This document shows positions 58,709 to 64,000 of a stretch of DNA of 64,000 nt, piece after piece. The stretch is from Podarcis muralis (Eukaryota). Both the position numbers and the translations under genes were made by a program. A model generated the notes under the pieces. It was not told where the DNA came from and ran no database searches. It worked only from the letters and a program-made list of their open reading frames with translations. The stretch spans positions 9,734,001 to 9,798,000 of the forward strand of contig NC_135667.1 of the NCBI RefSeq assembly GCF_964188315.1. The letters are read 5' to 3'. Each line of letters starts with the position of its first letter. Positions within the stretch are counted from its first letter, which is position 1.

Positions 58709-58945
58709 CAATGGTACCTCAGGTTACAGACGTTTCAAATTACAGACGCTTCAGGTTACAGACTCCACTAACCCAGAAATAGTACTTCGGGTTAAGAACT
58801 TTGCTTCAGGATGAGAACAAAAACGGTGGCGGCATGGCGGCAGCGGGAGGCCCCATTAGCTAAAGTGGTACCTCAGGTTAAGAACAGTTTCAGGTTAAGA
58901 ACGGACCTCCAGAACAAATTAAGTTCTTAACCAGAGCTACCACTG
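58709..58945 (-). mobile_element. Tc1/mariner-pogo-type MITE (17537 family)
   Basis: Same body and TIRs, TA flanks. Confidence 0.88.
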
Positions 58946-59121
58946 TATATATGTTTTCTGCTGCCAGGGAAGTTCCCTGGCTTTATTTACATATTAATAT
59001 CTAAAACAAACAACTCCCACTACTTTACAAAGAAACACATCTAGGAACATTTGTAAGATTAAATACCAAAGGGATCTGTGATGAGCATTTGAATTTCCTA
59101 GCTGATTGATTCAGCTTCTTG

Positions 59122-59430
59122 CAGGGCCAGATTTAGGTTTGATGAGGCCCTAAGCTACTAAAGGTAATGGGGCCCTTTATATGTCCAGCTGTCCTTTGTC
59201 AACAACAAATTGTCACTGTTTTTTGTGATGAATAGTATATGGTAATTTATGAACCTAATATGTATCTAAAGCCATTTGAACTTAACAAAATATGTATTTT
59301 ATCAAAGTAATTGTTGAACTGAAATACAATTAAGAAGTATATTAATAGTGATTTATTTGTTTTTGGCGGGCCGAAAGAGAGTGGGGCCCTAAGCTATAGC
59401 TCGTTTAGTTTATACATAAATCTGGCACTG
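59122..59430 (+). mobile_element. hAT-type MITE
   Basis: TIRs cagggccagattt/aaatctggcactg; degraded 8-bp TSD gcttcttg/ccttcctg. Confidence 0.8.
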
Positions 59431-59940
59431 CCTTCCTGTCAACTTAACATAACCCTTCCTGCCAATAAGATTCAACATATATCCTGGCATCCTTAAACTG
59501 GGAGATATTAGGCGATCTGACAGGTTTAACATAATCACTTTTAGCTGTACTGCTGTGCTGAAGTTTTACATGGGTTTCCCTTGTCATCCTGCAAGGCATT
59601 TAAATAAAGTTCTAAGCTTCTTGTGCCTTCATGTGTGTGTGTTTGACTTTTTTTTTAATATAGCTGCTACCTTTGTTTCCCTGGGGTGAGTTGCAAATGG
59701 GGAGTCTGGCTAGGGAAGCTCATTCTGACGCAACAGGGGAAAGTGGCTCTGAGAGAAGTCTTTCATGCTTTTCACCAAGCGGGAAGGAATGTCCATCTTT
59801 AAAAAGTCTTAATGCAAAGCTATTTGTTTCTTTGTTTCTGGTCCCAGGTGTTAAAATTAGTCTCTTGAGCCTTAACCTTTAAGCTGGCTGTAAAACGTAT
59901 TTTCATATCAGAAGTTATGTTTGCCTGATGCTCTCCCCAA

Positions 59941-60894
59941 TCATACTGGGTTCTTGTGAAATGTGATACACTGTCTAAATCCAGCTCTCAGGGCATCCTG
60001 GACCTGTCTGTTCCTCAGGCAGTAAATGAATGGATTCAGGAGAGGAGACACGACAGTGTTCAGAAGGGCCACCCCTTTGCTGAAGTCTAATTCACTGGTG
60101 CCTTTTGGTTTTATGTACATGAAAATGCAACTACCGTAACTGATGGAGATCACCATGATGTGAGAAGCACAAGTAGAGAAAGACTTTTTCCTCCCTATTG
60201 TAGATGGGATGCGCATGATGGTGGAAATAATATTGATATAGGATGCAATGTTTATAGTCAAGGTCCCAAGGAGAGAAAGAGCAGCGGTGAGGAGAACCAT
60301 GAGTTCCAGAAGACTTGTATCTGTGCATGCCAGTTTAATCAGAGGCCCAATGTCACAGAAAAAATGGTCCATGGCATTTGGACCACAAAAGGGCATTTGA
60401 AATAATGTAATTGCTGGAGCCATGATAAGCAAAAATCCCCCAGCCCAAGAGCAGAGCACCATCAATGAGCAGGTTTGGCCATTCATTATGGTTGAGTAGT
60501 GAAGAGGGTTACGGATAGCCACATATCTGTCAATGGACATGACCGCCAGCAGAGCAAACTCTGTGGTTCCCACAACCAGGTATAGATACATCTGCATGAA
60601 ACAACCAGGCAGAGAGATAGTTCGTTGGCCATTGACCAGGTTGGCCAAAGTTTTGGGGAGGACGGTGCTAGTGAGCCCAATCTCCAAGACTGCAAAGTGT
60701 CGCAGAAAGAAGTACATTGGGGTGTTGAGACTGTGATTCACGAGTGTAACTGTAATAATCACTATGTTCCATATAATTGTCAAAAGATACATGCCCAGCA
60801 GGAGGCTAAAAAGCAATATTTCAACTTGTCGGTTATCTGTTAAACCCCAAAGTATGAATCCACTGACCATGGTGCTGTTCCTCATTGTTAACAT
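59941..60894 (-). CDS. Olfactory receptor, family-6-like, 317 aa (MLTMRNSTMVSGF...), possibly impaired
   Basis: Motifs LNTPMYFFL, MSIDRYVAI, DHFFCD, KSFSTCASH, YGSCIFMYIKP, PLLNPFIY. The conserved GN is WN and AICNP is AIRNP. Confidence 0.92.
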   Translation of the reverse strand: MLTMRNSTMVSGFILWGLTDNRQVEILLFSLLLGMYLLTIIWNIVIITVTLVNHSLNTPMYFFLRHFAVLEIGLTSTVLPKTLANLVNGQRTISLPGCFMQMYLYLVVGTTEFALLAVMSIDRYVAIRNPLHYSTIMNGQTCSLMVLCSWAGGFLLIMAPAITLFQMPFCGPNAMDHFFCDIGPLIKLACTDTSLLELMVLLTAALSLLGTLTINIASYINIISTIMRIPSTIGRKKSFSTCASHIMVISISYGSCIFMYIKPKGTSELDFSKGVALLNTVVSPLLNPFIYCLRNRQVQDALRAGFRQCITFHKNPV

Positions 60895-61128
60895 GTTCCT
60901 AGAAGTAAACAGAAGAGGTATCCAGAGTCAATATTCAGTGTTTATAAACCACTGTAAATATGGGTTTCTATTCAACTTTATTCTTTTATTTGTTTTCTTT
61001 CACCATTAAGTTTCAGCAGTACCATTGCTAGGAGATATGATAGGTGATTTGCTGGAACTGACCCAGGGCAATCTCTTGCCCATCCTTGCTTAACCTCTAG
61101 AACCTTGTAACCACAATTGCGCTCTCTC

Positions 61129-61160
<32 letters not shown>

Positions 61161-61714
61161 CTGACCTCAGCTTCTCATGTTCTTTGTCCAGAAAATCCAA
61201 ATCAGTACATCTCCCTGATGTTATTGAGGTTGTCCATGATCTGTCCTGTCTTGTCTATTTTGGTAGCAAGAGACACATTTTGTAGGCGCAGTAATGCTAC
61301 TTTTACACAAGGGCTGCAAATATTTTTATGCACCATGCCCTTCATGATCATATGTACCATGTGCTTTATATACTTCTAAATATAAAATGGGCCTTTATGG
61401 AAAATTCAATAAAAAATATTTTCAGCCATATTTTTTTGTTAGGTTACTAGTGCAATTTTTTAAATAGCTGTGTTCTATTTTCTGATCCTTTCTTTATTAG
61501 TACTTCTGTATGTGTGTCACTAGGTCTTGTGGACACAATGAGCACCATCTAGAACATTGTACACAGTCAGTACACAGTAAAGTGCAATATTAAAAACATC
61601 AGTGTAGTACAGACTTTAAAAGAACAACAACCTGGAGGACAAATGGTTTTATTGGCTAGCAACCTGCCTGAAATTCAGCAGGGTTAATCCCCTCTCCAGG
61701 GACCATCATGTCTC

Positions 61715-62160
61715 TGTCAGGAGCTTGTCCTACACTCATGTAGGACCCTGGCAGAGACACATGACTGAATGGCATATTCTCTCCCTCCTGGTCGATCATT
61801 TGGGAGCTTCAAAAGCTTTCTTCAGCCCAAACATCACAGCGACCAATGCCAACAGACATCGGCACACTTAGGGATCAGCAGAGTCTTCGCAGCTTGAGTA
61901 GCAGACCTCAGCAACTCAGCATTTTGGCTAATCTACTTTATTTACATATAAACACACACTGAGCACTGCAACATGGCTCCCTCTCTCTCTAGCATCAGAC
62001 AGCAAAGAGAGAAAAACAAAGGACAATAGTCCCACTTCATGGAACACAGTAACACAAACATCCTGTCACCGTCACTTCCCACTCTGTGGAGTCAAAACAT
62101 AAACCGTCATGTGAAAGACAAAAATCCCATGACTGCAATCATGGAGCAGGAATTCTAACA
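61715..62160. repeat. Second copy of the 56995-57905 segment (no L1)
   Basis: Direct alignment as above. Confidence 0.9.
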
Positions 62161-63279
62161 TCCTCCAGATTTCATGCACTGATGTGAACAAACACAAAAG
62201 GTATTTCAGTCAGGGGCTTTCAGGCAAGGGTCTCTCTCAGCCCTGTGAGGTGGGCTGGGAGGTAGAGGGGGAGATTTGGGAAGTGAGCTTAAAAGGAACT
62301 CTGATGGGCAGGTCAAAGGGATAATGAAATGCCTGGGCTAGGTAGGTTGGGGAAAAGATCAGGAAACAAATTGGGTTTGGCTGGAAATAAATTTAATAGG
62401 GATTAGGTCCAGATATTCTGAACCAAGCCAGGTATAACTGAGGGGAGTTGGACAATAATTGTTTCTAAACGTCTAGCCTATTTCATTATTATTTTTACCT
62501 GAGGGCTCCCATTTTAACAGATGGCTCATGAACCTTCAGATTTTGAGGGAACCAGCGTGTTTTCATGTTTGAAGAGGCAGATCAATACCTAGGATAGGAA
62601 GCTTCAAATTTCTACTCAGCCTTGAAGCCCATTGGGTGGCCTTAGGCCAATCAACCTAACCTACCTCACAGGCAGTACTATTTTGCTAGAAAAAGAGGTG
62701 CTGGACCTCACCATGAATGCCTCCCTTGTCCTCTTAGAATGGCAATGGCACCCACCTGAGAGGTGATGGAACCAAGTTCCTGCGAGTTCAGGCTGAAAAA
62801 AGCCCTACTCACCGGGTTCTTGTGAGGATAAAATGAGAGTGGAGAAGCACCATGTGTGTCATCTTGAGCTACTTGCAGGAGAGATGGGCTATAATTATAA
62901 TGATTACTTATTTAATTAAACATTTTGCCTCATGTTTTCAGCCTTGGTAATCTCAGACCAAGCCATGTATAATCATTGCGAATGGACTTCCCATCAAAGG
63001 ACAAGTTGATTCAACTTCCTGATTGAGCTGCCTTTGCTAAGGGCAGAAATTGGTCTAAGCCAAGGGTTGGGAACCTCAGTTTTAAGGGGCAAATGCAGAC
63101 CTCCAGGCCCCTCTATCAAGTCCTCAACACTCTCACCATCCTCACATCCATTCCCTTGGTCACATCCCGCACTGCCCCTGCTTCACAATCACCCACGAGT
63201 AACTTTGACTGCCTGGGATGCAAGTTTGAGCTCTGATAATGCATCTTCCTTGCTTGGATGGAAGATGGACAGAAGTGTG

Positions 63280-63295
63280 TGTGTGTGTATGTGTG

Positions 63296-63360
<65 letters not shown>
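63280..63360. repeat. (GT)n/(GA)n microsatellite; other simple repeats at about 32835, 33682, 58250 and 61125
   Basis: Direct reading of the sequence. Confidence 0.95.
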
Positions 63361-63361
<1 letters not shown>

Positions 63362-64000
63362 AGCCTACTATGCAAAGGTATAAATTATTTTAATTGTTCT
63401 ACCAACTTTTGTGTCTGGTCTCACCAGCTATAGGTATGTGACCTCAGAAAGTTGCTCAAAATGTATTGTGGCCCTCATACTTAAATAAGGCTGATGGCTC
63501 CTCTGGTCCAGCATCCTATTCTCACAGTGACCACTCAGATACCTCTGGAAAATCCGCAAACTGGATCCAAGCACAAGAGCATTCTCCCCCTCATGTGGTT
63601 CTCAGCCACTGGCTTTCAGAAGTCTTACTACCTCCAGCCATGTACCTTTAAGCCAGGACTGAGAAAGTACCTTGAGTTTAAAGAAACATATGCAATTTCA
63701 GACTTCTCCATTTGGACTAGTGCTTTCCACATTGAAGAAAAGTATATATGAATCTGAGCACAGTGCTGGATTAGAGGACACACAATTTCACAATATATTT
63801 TCACCACACCAAACACATCAATATGTGTATTTCGCATGCATAGTGTATCATTGTCACTACATTGTATCCAATCAAGTTGTCCCAATGGTGGAAGTACTTC
63901 TGCCTGCACAACAGGACTTCCTCTCTCTGCACCTGTCCAAATCAGATCCAGAGGGTTTGGGGAGCCCACAGAACAGATCTAGGAAAGCAGGAGGGTGCAC

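Noticed and set aside
63034-63433. ORFs with poly-ER/SL tracts (also 19158-19455, 33562-33831, 10801-11025)
   Set aside because: Translations of microsatellites.

Overview
Vertebrate genomic DNA, not microbial. It is almost certainly a squamate, probably a lacertid lizard (inferred from Sauria SINEs, BovB and young L2/CR1 copies). The window is part of an olfactory receptor (OR) cluster, closest by motifs to family 6. It holds 10 full-length OR reading frames and 4 pseudogene fragments, embedded in transposable elements: a near full-length BovB nested in a near full-length L2 that itself splits an OR pseudogene, Sauria/tRNA SINEs, CR1 and L1 fragments, solo LTRs, and Tc1/mariner-type and hAT-type MITEs. 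There are also local segmental duplications and one 131-N assembly gap. The most notable features not explained by these annotations concern OR gene structure and regulation. (1) Two OR coding exons lack an N-terminal ATG and appear to receive it from an upstream exon ending in ATG|GT or ATG|GC; paralogues show the reciprocal state. (2) A duplicated promoter module carries conserved 23-nt and 7-nt micro-exons. (3) An old intergenic tandem duplication preserves a perfect 24-bp Lhx2+EBF composite motif resembling mouse OR enhancers. All splicing and regulatory calls are inferred from sequence alone and need RNA or chromatin data.
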